Source: the human T2T-CHM13v2.0 reference genome, Homo sapiens
Assembly: GCF_009914755.1 (NCBI RefSeq)
Contig: NC_060939.1
Length of the DNA stretch: 64,000 nucleotides
Reading direction: 5' to 3' (one strand)
A model generated the notes under the pieces. The model was not told where the DNA came from and made no database searches. It saw nothing but the letters and a program-made list of their open reading frames with translations. Made by a program: the position numbers and the translations under genes. Shown piece by piece: positions 1-51,675 of this stretch; positions within the stretch are counted from its first letter, which is position 1, and each line of letters starts with the position of its first letter.

Positions 1-2427
<2,427 letters not shown>

Positions 2428-2704
2428 TCAGCCTCATATAGAAACCTCACTCCATAATCTTCTGCAAAATTAGCACCAAATTCAGGCAGACCAGGTTTTT
2501 GTTGCTAGGGAGAACAGTTGCCAGAGAAACACACTAGAGGGTAAACACCAATAGATATATAAAAAGTATCAACGTCAATCACTCTGTATTTATTACTTTC
2601 ACCTGCATTTCTAACCCATCTGTCATGGTCTATTATTATTACCCCCCTTTTATTTCTCATAAGACTCTCAGGCCCCACGAAGAATGCTAATAACAAAATT
2701 GTAC

Positions 2705-3077
2705 ATCTTAGTTAGCTTAGACTGCTATAACAAAGTACCATGTACTGGGTGTCTTAAACGACAGACATTTATTTCTCACCGTTCTGGAGGCTGAGAAGTT
2801 CAAGATCAAGGTGCTGGCAGATGTGGTTCCTGGTGAGGGTCCTCTTCCCAGTTTGCTGATGGCCTCCTTCTTGCTGTGTGCTTGCATGGCAGGGAGAGAG
2901 AGAGAGAAGCAAGTTCTCTGGTGTCTCTTAAGGGCACTAAAACTATTATGAGACCCCACCTTTATGATCTCATCTAAACATAATGACCTCCCAAAGGTTT
3001 CATCTTCATATACCATCATATTGGGGGTTAGGGCTTCGACACATGAATTTGGGGGGTCACAATTCATTGCATAGCAT
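2705..3077 (-). mobile_element. MaLR solo LTR (MLT1A/MST-like)
   Basis: Typical MaLR text gctataacaaagtacc...atttatttctcaccgttctggaggctgagaagttcaagatcaagg...catagca. Confidence 0.8.
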
Positions 3078-4040
3078 TGTACCTATTCAGCAGTATCCCT
3101 TTGAGAGTTATGTCCCAGCCCTGTGTCATGTTTTTATATGCAGAGGTTGACTTAGTCCTCATTATATAGCTGAGGGAACTGGGTCTAGTTCATTAACTAC
3201 ACTAAGGTTATAATCAGTAAGTTGTCACAGAGCTAGGATTTGAGCCCAGGCAGTCTGACTGTAAATCCCCAAATCCTAATTCCCTCCCTATATTGTCTCA
3301 ACCACAGGAAAAATCACTTTGAAACCTGATTAACTGAGTTCAGGAGTTGTCACACTTTTATGGACTGGGTATAGAAGTACTCCAAACATTAATTAAACTG
3401 ATTCTTTTGATAACTGCTTATAAGAAGATAAACCAGACAGACAATAAACGTTCACAATAGAAAGAGCTAAAAACAAAACTTTGGAGAATATGGACAGCCA
3501 GTTTGAAAGGAGGAATTTCTTGAATGCTGATCACATGAGACATGACTCGTCAGAAGCAACCACAGGTGTTAACTGATCAAACTGGCTAAGGATTTAAAAA
3601 GTTCCAGTGAGGGCCTAGGGAAGTGGCATTGTCCAACATGCTGGTAAATATGTATTTGCACTTCTTCTGAAGAGGAAATTTGAAAATAGGTATGTAAAGT
3701 TTCAAAAAAATTTATTCTTTTAACTAAATAAGTTAAACCTGGGTACTAATTCTAAGGAAGTCAAGATGTATGCAAAATTGTATGTACAAGGCTAGTCATT
3801 ATATTACTTCAAAAATAGATTTATATATATTCTGATTATTAAAAACATGCTACTTATAAAAGAGTCAAGAAGACACAGCGATGTCCATAGAAATAAAAAC
3901 AAAGACCTTAGGATTTTATCTCTTAGAACTTGCCATTGTTACAACTGGACCCCCCTACCCCTTAGTCATGTATATATATCTAATTTGAATTTTTATAACT
4001 CATTGGTTTTAAAAATGCACTTCTCTTACCTAGTTATTGA

Positions 4041-5495
<1,455 letters not shown>

Positions 5496-6319
5496 AGTGA
5501 ATGCTTGATGAGCTTGTTTTTGCCTTGTTAAAATTGAAAACATGATTTATCATCTCACCCTCCTAAGTTTCATTAAAATCATACTTAAGAAATAAAAAGA
5601 GACATAAAGATATAAATAAGAGAATGGGAAAAGAAACATAAAGATCTAAACAAGAGAATGGGGAAAAGATCATTAGTAGATCAGAGATTTCAAAGAAATT
5701 TTGGAAGATAGCTGATGAAGGAATGATACTGATGCGGGGGGGAAGCAGAAGAAACTGCAGAGGGTGGAAGATATACCCCAGGAAAAAAACAATTCACACT
5801 ACGGAATGCTAGAAGGGTCCAGAACCAGGAAATATCAGAGACAACTGAGTACAGGAATGAGATATAAGGCCAAGATTCCACATATGAAACAGTTTTCCTT
5901 CCCTTCCACCTCTGCATGCAGAATGCCTTACAGCCAAGAATCTACCCCCAGGGTGAAGGTGTGATAGGAGGAACACAGACCATCCAGAATTTCCCATACA
6001 TTCACACATCACGCTGAAACGTTATTCTGGAAATAAATCTAAGGGCTCCGTAGAAAATCCCCTGCATTCTACCCATTACAGTAAAATGTCAGCATTCCTG
6101 TCCCATCATCTTGGCCATCAGAAAAGTTCCACACAAGAGAGCTCGTAATCCACTTATTACTTCATTAAAAAATATAAACAGTCAAGACCCCCCCACTCCA
6201 GACATTTGAGGAATACTTCCAATGTGAAATAAAGATGGGTGAGATCACGCCACTGCACTCCACCCTGGGCAACAGAGCAACACTTTGTCTCAGAAAAAAA
6301 AAAAAAGAAAGAAAAGCTT

Positions 6320-13650
<7,331 letters not shown>

Positions 13651-13782
13651 CCTACTCATCCTTTAAAGGGATACTCCGAATGTCTATGAACACTCAGATA
13701 AAACTGAACTAAATTTGAATCCACTTGTACTACATTTATTTGTCAACTCTTCGTTTGTCTACTTCTTGAGAACTTTAACAGC

Positions 13783-14224
13783 TGTACTGGGTTGGTTAGT
13801 GTCGCCCCCAAAATTCATGTCCTTCCTGGAACCTCAAAATGTGACCTTATTTGGAAAGAGTGTCATTGCAGATGTGATTAGTCATGATCAGGTCATACTG
13901 GAGTAAGGTGAGCCTTTTACCTAACAGGACTGGTGTCCTTATAAAACACACAGAGACAGAGACACACAGGGAGTATACCATTTGATAACAGAGGAAGAGA
14001 ATGGAGTAATGCAGCTACAAGCGAAAGTACACCAATGATTGCTGGCTCCCACTAGAAGCTAGGAAGAGGCAGGAAGGATTCTATCCAGAGTCTCAGAAGA
14101 AGCAAGACCCCACTGACATCTTGATTTCTGACTTCCAGACTCCAGAAAGCGAGAAAATATATCTGTTGTTTTAAGCTATCCAGTGTGAGGTACTTGGTTA
14201 TGGCAGCTTCAGAAAACTAATACA
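13783..14224 (+). mobile_element. MaLR solo LTR (MLT1B/C-like) immediately upstream of the SNHG21 CpG island
   Basis: tgt...aaaattcatgtcc...aatgtgaccttatttggaaa...gttgttttaagc...aaactaataca. Confidence 0.8.
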
Positions 14225-14359
14225 ACAGCAATTTCAATTTCTACTTTATCTTCCTAGCCCCAAGAGTACCATGTGGCTATTAGAGTACAGGATTATGTAG
14301 GCTCTCAAATCCCTTCCATGGTAAAAGAATGATTGGGCTTCCAGCAGTGGCCAAGAATT

Positions 14360-15120
14360 GCCAGACGCTTATGAGCGCCTGCTGCGAGATGCTTGTACAG
14401 TGAATGCTCAATAAAGTGGTGGCCATTATAACCGCAAGCAATGAGACTACATAAATAGTAAGAAACGAAATAGAACAAGGGGCAGCGGGAGCAAAGAGAG
14501 AAACAAGGGCAGCTGAGGAAGGAAGCCTCAATTCCCCGGAGGACATCCGCGGGCGGAGGAAATGTGAATCTGCAAGTCGTTCTCCCAGACCCCGCTTAAC
14601 GATTCCCGGCCCTTTCTCCACTCCCTACAGCCCTCGGACCCAGCAACAACCGGATCCTGTGCAGGTCTTCCCTGAGTCCAACGCGATTCTCCTGGATAAC
14701 GTCAACCAGCTGAGCGATTCTGAGCCTGCGCGAAGCTCCTCGGCGCTTCCAGTAATGTCACGCTGGTGCGTGGGGCGGGACTTCCTCTCACGCGCAGGAA
14801 ACGAGAAGGGCTTTTCCGCCGGAAAGAGAGTGGATTTACTAGGAAGGTGGGACGTTGGAGGGGTGGCCGCATGGAGTGAGTACTGTCTCTGGCCACCGAG
14901 CAGAGCCAGTGACAGCAGCGTCCTGGTAGGCAGGCAGGCGTATCAGGTTTCAGAGGATGCGGCTGGGAACGGGAGTAGAGGTGAGGGGTCGTTGCATCTG
15001 TCGCGGTGTGTATCTTTTGGGGGTTCAGCGCCACCAGCGACTTGGGCCTCATTCATCGCGCTTACATTTCTCCACCTCATTTGAAGAACGAGCTTCGTAG
15101 CCCACGGAGCTGAGGTTAGT
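14360..15120. promoter_or_regulatory. CpG island / SNHG21 promoter
   Basis: Only non-Alu CpG-dense block of this length in the window. GC box GGGGCGGG 14772-14779, several ETS cores (CTTCC/GGAA at ~14746, 14781, 14797, 14819-14824), pyrimidine run CTTTTCC at 14811, no TATA. Confidence 0.85.
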
Positions 15121-16232
15121 ATAAATGTGGAAGGGAGAAGTATGCACTCACCAGACTAAAGTTTACAGTTTTCACATAGGTTGTGCTGTTCTGTGTCCCA
15201 TAAGGGCCTGCGAGAACCCAGACATTCTGAATCGGTGACGCCTGCTGGAGGCAGCAACACCTGTTGCATTAATTTTAGAACACACACACACGGAGTTGGT
15301 AATTCTTAAGCTTCCTGAATCTGCTGGCGGTCATTTGGTGTCAGAAGCAGAGCAAAGCCATCTTGGTCATCTCCCTCCTTTTAGCTTAAACCGAAGCATG
15401 ATGGGGGAGATAGGCCGAAAGTTATACAGCTTGTTAATAACAGAGCCGAGAGTGAAAGCGCGATTTCTTCATTTTTAGCCCGGAATTATTTGTTGTACAC
15501 CATACTGTTTCTTTGCATTGCTAGACAATTCGTCTTTTTTTACGAGGTTGACGGGGAGTTGCAAGGAGGAGTGAAAAGGGTGGTAATGTACATCTACATA
15601 CAGTATAAATCCATGAAAGGCAAAATCCGTGTGTGTTAGGAGTTAGAACTGTGTCAGTCATCTACATCTTCCATAGTTTGTAGATGGAGATGAGTCTGTC
15701 ACGTCGCTCTGTCATTTCCCTTTTAGCAACAGATGTGTAGTAACAATATGTGAAGAAGGAACTTTCATTGCCTGTTACATACATTTACACAGAGCGGCCT
15801 GGGGTTCACTGAGCAAGCTATGTGCTCACCCTAGAAAACTGATTCTGTAGAGTGCACTGCAGTCAAACCTCAGCTGTTTTAAGTAATCTTACATTTGGTG
15901 CTTGTGTGGCTTAAGTGTCTTGTGCATTATTGCAGTCATCTCTCTCATGTTATGAAATGGAAATGTGTTGTAGGAAAGTGGCAAGCCTGTGAAGAAAGTA
16001 AGTGAGCCTGAGGCCCAGAAAACCATACATTAGCAAATACTGAAAAACTGTTCACATCACATAGGGGGTATCTGAAGTACTGAGGAGCTCATTTAACCGG
16101 ATGTTCATTGTGGGGAAGCCATGAATAGCCTCCCTCTCCTGGGTTCAAGCGATTTTCCTGCCTCAGCCTCCCGAGTAGCTGTGATTACAGGTCCATGCCA
16201 CCATGCTCGGCTAATTTTTGTATTTTTAGTAG

Positions 16233-16506
<274 letters not shown>

Positions 16507-17706
16507 TTATGCAGATGTTTCAAAGACATTTTAGATTATGTAGAGGAATGATTGCTGTTGTGATTGTGACATAAGCAGAAGTATCAACTTAAAAATGCAA
16601 CAACAAGCACAGTAGCTTGTATTTCCAGTAGCTGTATAATTCCAGGCACAGAGAACACAAACAGATGTCCATTTTTAATTCTTTTCTTGTTTTTTTTGAG
16701 ACAGGACCTCACTGTCACCCAGGCTGGAGTGCAGTGGTGCAATCACAGCTCACTGGCAGCCTCGACCTCCTGAGCTCAAGAGCTCCTCCACCTCAGCCTC
16801 CTGAGTAGCTGGGGCCACAGGTGTGTGCTACCACCCTGGCTAATTAAAAAAAAAAATGTTTTGTAGAGACAGTGTCTCTCTGTGTTGCTCAGACTGGTCT
16901 CAAACTCCTGAGCTCAAGCCATCCTCCCACCTTGGCCTCCTGAAGTGTTGGAATTACAGGCGTCAGCCACTGTGCCTGGCCTGTGATATTTTTCTATGCT
17001 TGGAAAGTTTATTAATCAGCTAGGATACTTCTCTACAAAAATACACATATATAACTTGAGATTTAAACTTTTCTCAGCCAGCTGTGGTGGTTCACACCTG
17101 TAATCTCAGCACTTTGGGAGGACAAGGTGGGTGGATCACTTGCGCTCAGGAGTTTGAGACCAGCCTGGGCAACAGGGCAAAACCCCATCTCTACAAAACT
17201 GCACCCAGCTATTTTGTATTATTTTTATCTCGTTGCTTTTTTTTTTTTCTTTTTCTTTCTTTCTTTTTTTTTTTTAGTGGTTTCAGGCAGTGGTTCAGAC
17301 CAGCTGCTAGAGAATCATGGGCTAAGAAGAGAAGACTACCAATTTAGTAGATTTGGACATGGACAAGCCACAGGCAGTTTCTCTTCTCACTCTCTTGGCC
17401 AGTCATCTCTTGCTCACCTTCCCCTGCCAGTAGCCAGTAGCATGTGACAGCCTCTATATTCCATCTCCCTTTTCTCCCTCTTCCAGAACTAAGATGAGTT
17501 TTCAATGGATAACTGTACAGAAACATACCCACTGCTGAGTTTATAATAAATAGGTAAATGGTGTTTAAAATGCCTTCTGTAGGAATCCTTGGTAGATAGT
17601 TATATGTGGTTGTTTTTTGGGAAGTTGGCTTGAGGTTCTTTGAAGGGCTGGGAACGTGTATTTCTTTTGCGTGTGCCTGTGTGTGTCAAAATTTTATATG
17701 TTCATC

Positions 17707-17773
17707 AGTGCTCTACACGTTCAGAGAAACGTTTCCAATAACGAACCATAGAATGATCCCTGGAGCATAGGAT
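17707..17773 (-). pseudogene. 3'-truncated U3 snoRNA pseudogene (first ~70 nt of U3)
   Basis: Minus strand ATCCTATGCTCCAGGGATCATTCTATGGTTCGTTATTGGAAACGTTTCTCTGAACGTGTAGAGCACT aligns to U3 AAGACTATACTTTCAGGGATCATTTCTATAG...GTTTCTCTGAACGTGTAGAGCAC; the 23-nt block GTTTCTCTGAACGTGTAGAGCAC is identical. Confidence 0.88.
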
Positions 17774-18482
17774 CCCACTGTTTGAAAATTCTAGCCATCG
17801 ATCACTTTATAAGAAAAGGATGAAATTTCAAACAAGGAGTTTGTTTATCTGATTTCCACCCTACAGATAATATATAAATTTGGCCAAAGTTGTTTGGGGA
17901 AGAGGGGCTGTTGTTAGGTACTGAGCTATAATACTTTGTTGCTTTGTATCACTTTTAAAAGTGACTTTTAAAGATACTTGACATTTGAAAAGGAATCACC
18001 TTTGATCTTTCTAAGTCCCTAATTTGACATTACCTTTATAGCATATAATTTATTCCATAAAGTCTTAGATCCTGAAACTAGTGGAAAGCCAGATACTCAT
18101 GTTGTGCTATAAATATAGGATTGACAGTTAAGCTTACTCAGTAGTCAAGGGGGCGGCTTTCACTCACCAGCCTCCAGGGCATATGAACCAAATTTATGAT
18201 TCAGAACATTTAAAATATACATTTTGAAGATCTTTGGGCTCTCTTAAGTATAGTCTAACTATAATAAATATTAAACATGTCAAAGGTCTCTTGCAGTGTT
18301 GGGAAGAGCATTCTAAACCACATACATCTTTCCCATCCCCAGATTGTTCTGTGTCCCCTCCCACTCTTCCCAGATTAGAAGTCACCATGGAGCACTATTA
18401 GTAATGGGACTCTGTATCAGATCTTTAAGGTGTATTGGGACAGAAGAAAGGTTGATATTTTGGGGTTGTTTGTTTTTTTTGA

Positions 18483-18701
<219 letters not shown>

Positions 18702-19643
18702 TGATCTGCCTGTCTTGGCCTCCCAAAATGTTGGGATTACAGGTGTGAGCCACCATGCCCAGCAGGTTCATATTTTTAATGTTTCCTTCTACTCCCCAAG
18801 CACACACAAATTTGAAAGCTGCTTTGCTTTCTAATAAAGAGGCTTTTCCTTTGATTTTGGAAGATAATTTGATGTCTCTTTTCTCTTTGCAGGTATATGA
18901 GCTCCCTGAAAGCACAAAGCAGTTATTTCCATCTTCAGATCATTCAGAGATTATGAAGGCACAAACCCTGCCTTCAATTTGCTTATAGTCAAGTGGAGCA
19001 GACACAAGTCAATGATTGCAGTATAGCCACTGAAGTAATCTAAAAGAGGTGAGTGTGGCACTTAACCTCTCCTGGGAGGGGGAGGAATAAGGCAGTGTTT
19101 CCAAGAGGTGATTTTGGAGCTATACAGGCATTAGGTAGACAAGGAAGGGGAGGTCCATTCTGGGTGCCTAGGACTCTGTGGCTGATTTATAAATCGTAAA
19201 TGGTACAAAAAACAGTGTTGAGTATCTTTTACCTTTCTCCAGAGTACTGTTCTTACTTTTGGATAGTGCTTCTTGTTTTTTCCTTCCCTCTCCCTGTCCC
19301 TGTCACCTTTAAATTAAATGAATGTTTGGAAGGAAGTAGGAGGGTAAGAATCTTTCTGGGTGGCAGAATAATAGATGGGTCTACCAAGAGCGATGTATAT
19401 ACCCAGTAAAGCCATCTCTAAAACTGTGTTTCTGCATTGTTACAGTGCATAGTTGGGAAATCTCAGTTTTGTTGGCTGTGTACTTTCCCAGTGAATGGAT
19501 TATATTCCTTTCTGCGAGCCAGTCTGTTTGAATTTAAGGGCATCTCTTAAATTCCTTTCAAGCAAGAGACCTAACATTTATACTTAGGAATGAGAGTAGT
19601 AGAGACAGCAAGATTAGAATCCAAGTTCATATACCAAAACATT

Positions 19644-19649
19644 TTTATT
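19644..19649 (-). terminator. Distal FSD2 polyadenylation signal (AATAAA)
   Basis: Plus strand tttatt; minus-strand downstream context aatgttttggtatatgaacttggattctaatcttgctgtctct. Confidence 0.65.
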
Positions 19650-20208
19650 TGCTATGTCTGAGTGACTACATGTTGTTTGAATCAACTGCAGGCTAATTTG
19701 TAACATTTCAAATAAATGATAGTTTAATTCCTCCAGGATTTGAGTAAGGTGAAAATAGAGCTAAAAACCATGATTCTGTCACAGTCTGGGAAAATGAAAA
19801 AGCAATCAATTAGTGAGTTGGGCTTAATTTTTTTTTTTTTTTTTTCTGGAACTGGTGATAGCAGAAAACAAGCAGTAAAGTAGTCAGACATGATATACTT
19901 GACAAGAACCACCACCTGTTCAGTAGCAACTCTAAAATAAGTACTAACTTAGGGGCAGTTGTTGTGCCCAGGTCATAGTCATACTCCTTCCAGGAGACTT
20001 CCTGATGACAGAAAAGATGCTGACCAGCTGGGGTCTTCTTTCCAAATAACTTTTCTCTTGCATTTAGATTAATTAACCATTGGTTACAGTGAAACAAGCA
20101 TATGTACAGAGTTAATCTCCTATAGCTTGAAGTTATACATGATCTTTATTTGAGTATCTTGACTTGTTAAAGGACAGTGTTTTAAAAGCTGGATTTGGTT
20201 ATGTTCTT

Positions 20209-20335
20209 CTGGAGACTAAGAAAATAGAGTCCTTGAAATCAAGCTGACTCTGCTTTTAGCCTCCTAAATGAAAAGGTAGATAGAACAGGTCTTGTTTGCA
20301 AAATAAATTCAAGACCTACTTATCTACCAACAGCA
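20209..20335 (+). ncRNA. SCARNA15: SCARNA15 (ACA45) H/ACA small Cajal body RNA, 127 nt
   Basis: Recognised sequence CTGGAGACTAAGAAAATAGAGTC...CTACCAACAGCA. Two hairpins; H box AAATGA 20266-20271; ACA at 20330-20332, 3 nt from the 3' end. The 3' pocket (AGAACA / TACT around the GGTCTTG:CAAGACC stem) pairs with U2 snRNA AGUA-U39-C-UGUUCU. Confidence 0.95.
20273..20294 (+). ncRNA. ACA45-derived miRNA-like small RNA (miR-1839-5p, AAGGUAGAUAGAACAGGUCUUG)
   Basis: 5' arm of the 3' hairpin of SCARNA15; sequence recognised as the Ago-loaded, Dicer-dependent ACA45 small RNA. Confidence 0.85.
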
Positions 20336-21446
20336 ATTACACGCTTTCCATTGTCTTCCTATAGAAAATAGGAGTAGTACACTTATAGATGAGAAAACTG
20401 GAGAAAGACATAGTGAACATGTGAGAATCTTGCTCTACTAATTGATAGGAAGGTGACTAGAAATTGGCGAAGTTTTCTTGGTAAGTTGAGGAGAGGACTT
20501 TTCTTATAGTGCAGTCTGGTAGCTGAACCGCCTTGCATCAAGACCAATGTAGTCTTATTTACAGAATGCCACATCACAGTGAATTGTGCTGTGGACAGCT
20601 TCCAGTGTGTGAGTTGTGGAAGATGATGATTTTAACAGATTTTGGAGGATGAGAAGTATTAAGAAGAAGGCCCCACTGTCCATGCATTTGCTCTGCTTTT
20701 TACTTTTGACCAAGTATACACTTCAGAAATATCTTATTGGATGTATACAAAGTGATTGTGTGTCATTTGAACCAGCAGGAAGTAATTTATTAAACACACT
20801 TTTCTAAATAAAAGTCATTTAATTTTATCAGAAATCAGTGTCATTTTAGATTGCAAGTCTCAAACCAACTTTCCAATTCTGACTTGTAAGGGTGCCTTAA
20901 ATCCTGAATACTGTACTCTGTATTACTAAACCCATGTTAGTTTACGCCAAGATTCTGTGGTGGTTTTACATATTCTTTTTCCCCTTTGTTAAGGTGGGGA
21001 GGCCACAGCTTATGTGAATGACTTTCTCAGGAGTTATAAAGTGATACAGGTAAAGCTAAGAAAAGAACAGATTTTGATAACTTTTGTTTTAACTGTCCAG
21101 TGTTAGGGATTGTGGCTACAGTGGTCTAATTTTTAAAAACTCTTTTTTTTGCTTTGTTTTTTAACAGACTTATCAGCAGGTTGCAGGTGAACATGGCCTT
21201 GAGGTAAATCTGTCCCTTGCTGAATACAGTTTCAGTAGATTGTTTATAGTAGTTTCAGGAATTGAGATTTTTTACAAAAATACAAAAGTTTTGCTTGGTT
21301 CTGTTCTAGATGTTTTCTTCTAAATAAATGAGAAAGATGTTTCAACAAAGGCTCTTTATGCTGAATAATTGTGATGCTTGAAGTTGCTAATCTGCTTTAA
21401 GTGGATTTTAAATGTCAGGCAATTCTAGACAGTTTTTTCTTGGTCA

Positions 21447-21452
21447 AATAAA
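21447..21452 (+). terminator. SNHG21 polyadenylation signal (AATAAA)
   Basis: AATAAA followed ~20 nt later by GU-rich cgtgttgagttttt. Confidence 0.65.
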
Positions 21453-21615
21453 AATTTAATTAAAACTTTATACGTGTTGAGTTTTTAATCCATTTATCCG
21501 TGTTCATACTAACGTGTAGTATTCCATAAAGCCTATTAGAACCCTGAATTCAAACTTGCCTTCTCTGTGATATCCTGTTTCTTACTTGGTAGTTTCTATT
21601 TCAGTAGCTGAGAAC

Positions 21616-22372
<757 letters not shown>

Positions 22373-23609
22373 AGAAAAAAGAAAAGTGGACTTTTTTTTT
22401 TTAAACACAAAACCTTAAATGATGAGATTAGGGCATATCTGGGTTTAGAGGCATCTGTGGGACATGATACTGAATTGTAATTGCTTCACAAATGGAATTA
22501 TTCTGCAGCTTCACTCACAAGCTTTGAAAATGCTGTGTGTGCAGAGCTTAAGTGGCAACTGGAAACTTGAACAGGAGAACCAGGAATGTAGCTGATGGAG
22601 TTGGGCATTGAGCTCACAGAATGGCCTGGGGGCAGTGAGGCAGGATGCCTGAAAGCTGCCTAGCTAGAGATCAGTCTTCCTTCCCGTGCTCAGCTTTGCC
22701 CTTTGGTGGGCTGTTAATTTCTTTTAAAAAATTGTTGTGCATTTGCTAATATGCCACAGATGCCCTTCTGTTCTTTCACGCTGCCTCCATTCTAGGTTTT
22801 TTCCCATTTCTTGGCCATAGGTCCTTTGCTGTAGTTTTGAAAGAGCCCTGCCATCCTTCACATGGAGAGCAGTAAGAGGCCAAAGAGCAGTGGCTGAAGA
22901 AGATACTAATTTATTCAACAAATACTTGGTGACAGCTGTTATGTGTTAGCCCTTGGTGATCTAGCAATGAACAAAACAGGCACTGTCCCTCCCTTCATGG
23001 AATTAGGCATTATAGAGGTAATTTCAAAATTAGAGAGTGGTGCATACTGTGTAGGAGTGGAACAGGGAATACCCTGTATGCAGAGTACACAGTGGAAGGG
23101 ACCTCACCACAGTGCTGCTCACTATTGGGAAAACGAGGGTAGAAGACATTGAGAAGGGCACACAGCTTCCCTGGTTCTCTACAGACAGCCTCTCGCCTTC
23201 TCAAGTGTATTCTTGGCTGACTCATGAAATGCATGGGTGTACTGGTGCTGCTGGAGCCATTAAGACTACCCTCGTCCTCTCCCAAGCTCTCTAGGTCTTG
23301 GAAACTCAAGATATTTTGCATATACACGAATATAGTTTGACAGCTTCAAAGACTTTTGAGTTCGTTTAGTCTGAGCCTTTATTTTACAGCTGGGCCTGGT
23401 AATGACTATCCTAGCAGCACACAGGTAGCAGCACACAGGACTAGAATCCAGGTTGGGTGAAATGAGCGCTAGCACACCAGTCAGATAATAGCATGAGCCA
23501 TAAATTGTGCTGGGCACATGGTGCTTAAGTGCCAGGTTCAGCCAGCTAAGGCGTGAGCAGCTGCGAGAGGGGTAGGCATGGAAGACAGGAAACTGGACAT
23601 CAGAATGTT

Positions 23610-51675
<28,066 letters not shown>

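Noticed and set aside
14280-15084. ORFs of 113-141 aa over the CpG island
   Set aside because: Expected by chance in GC-rich sequence; no recognisable domain, and the plus-strand ORF runs through a strong splice donor.
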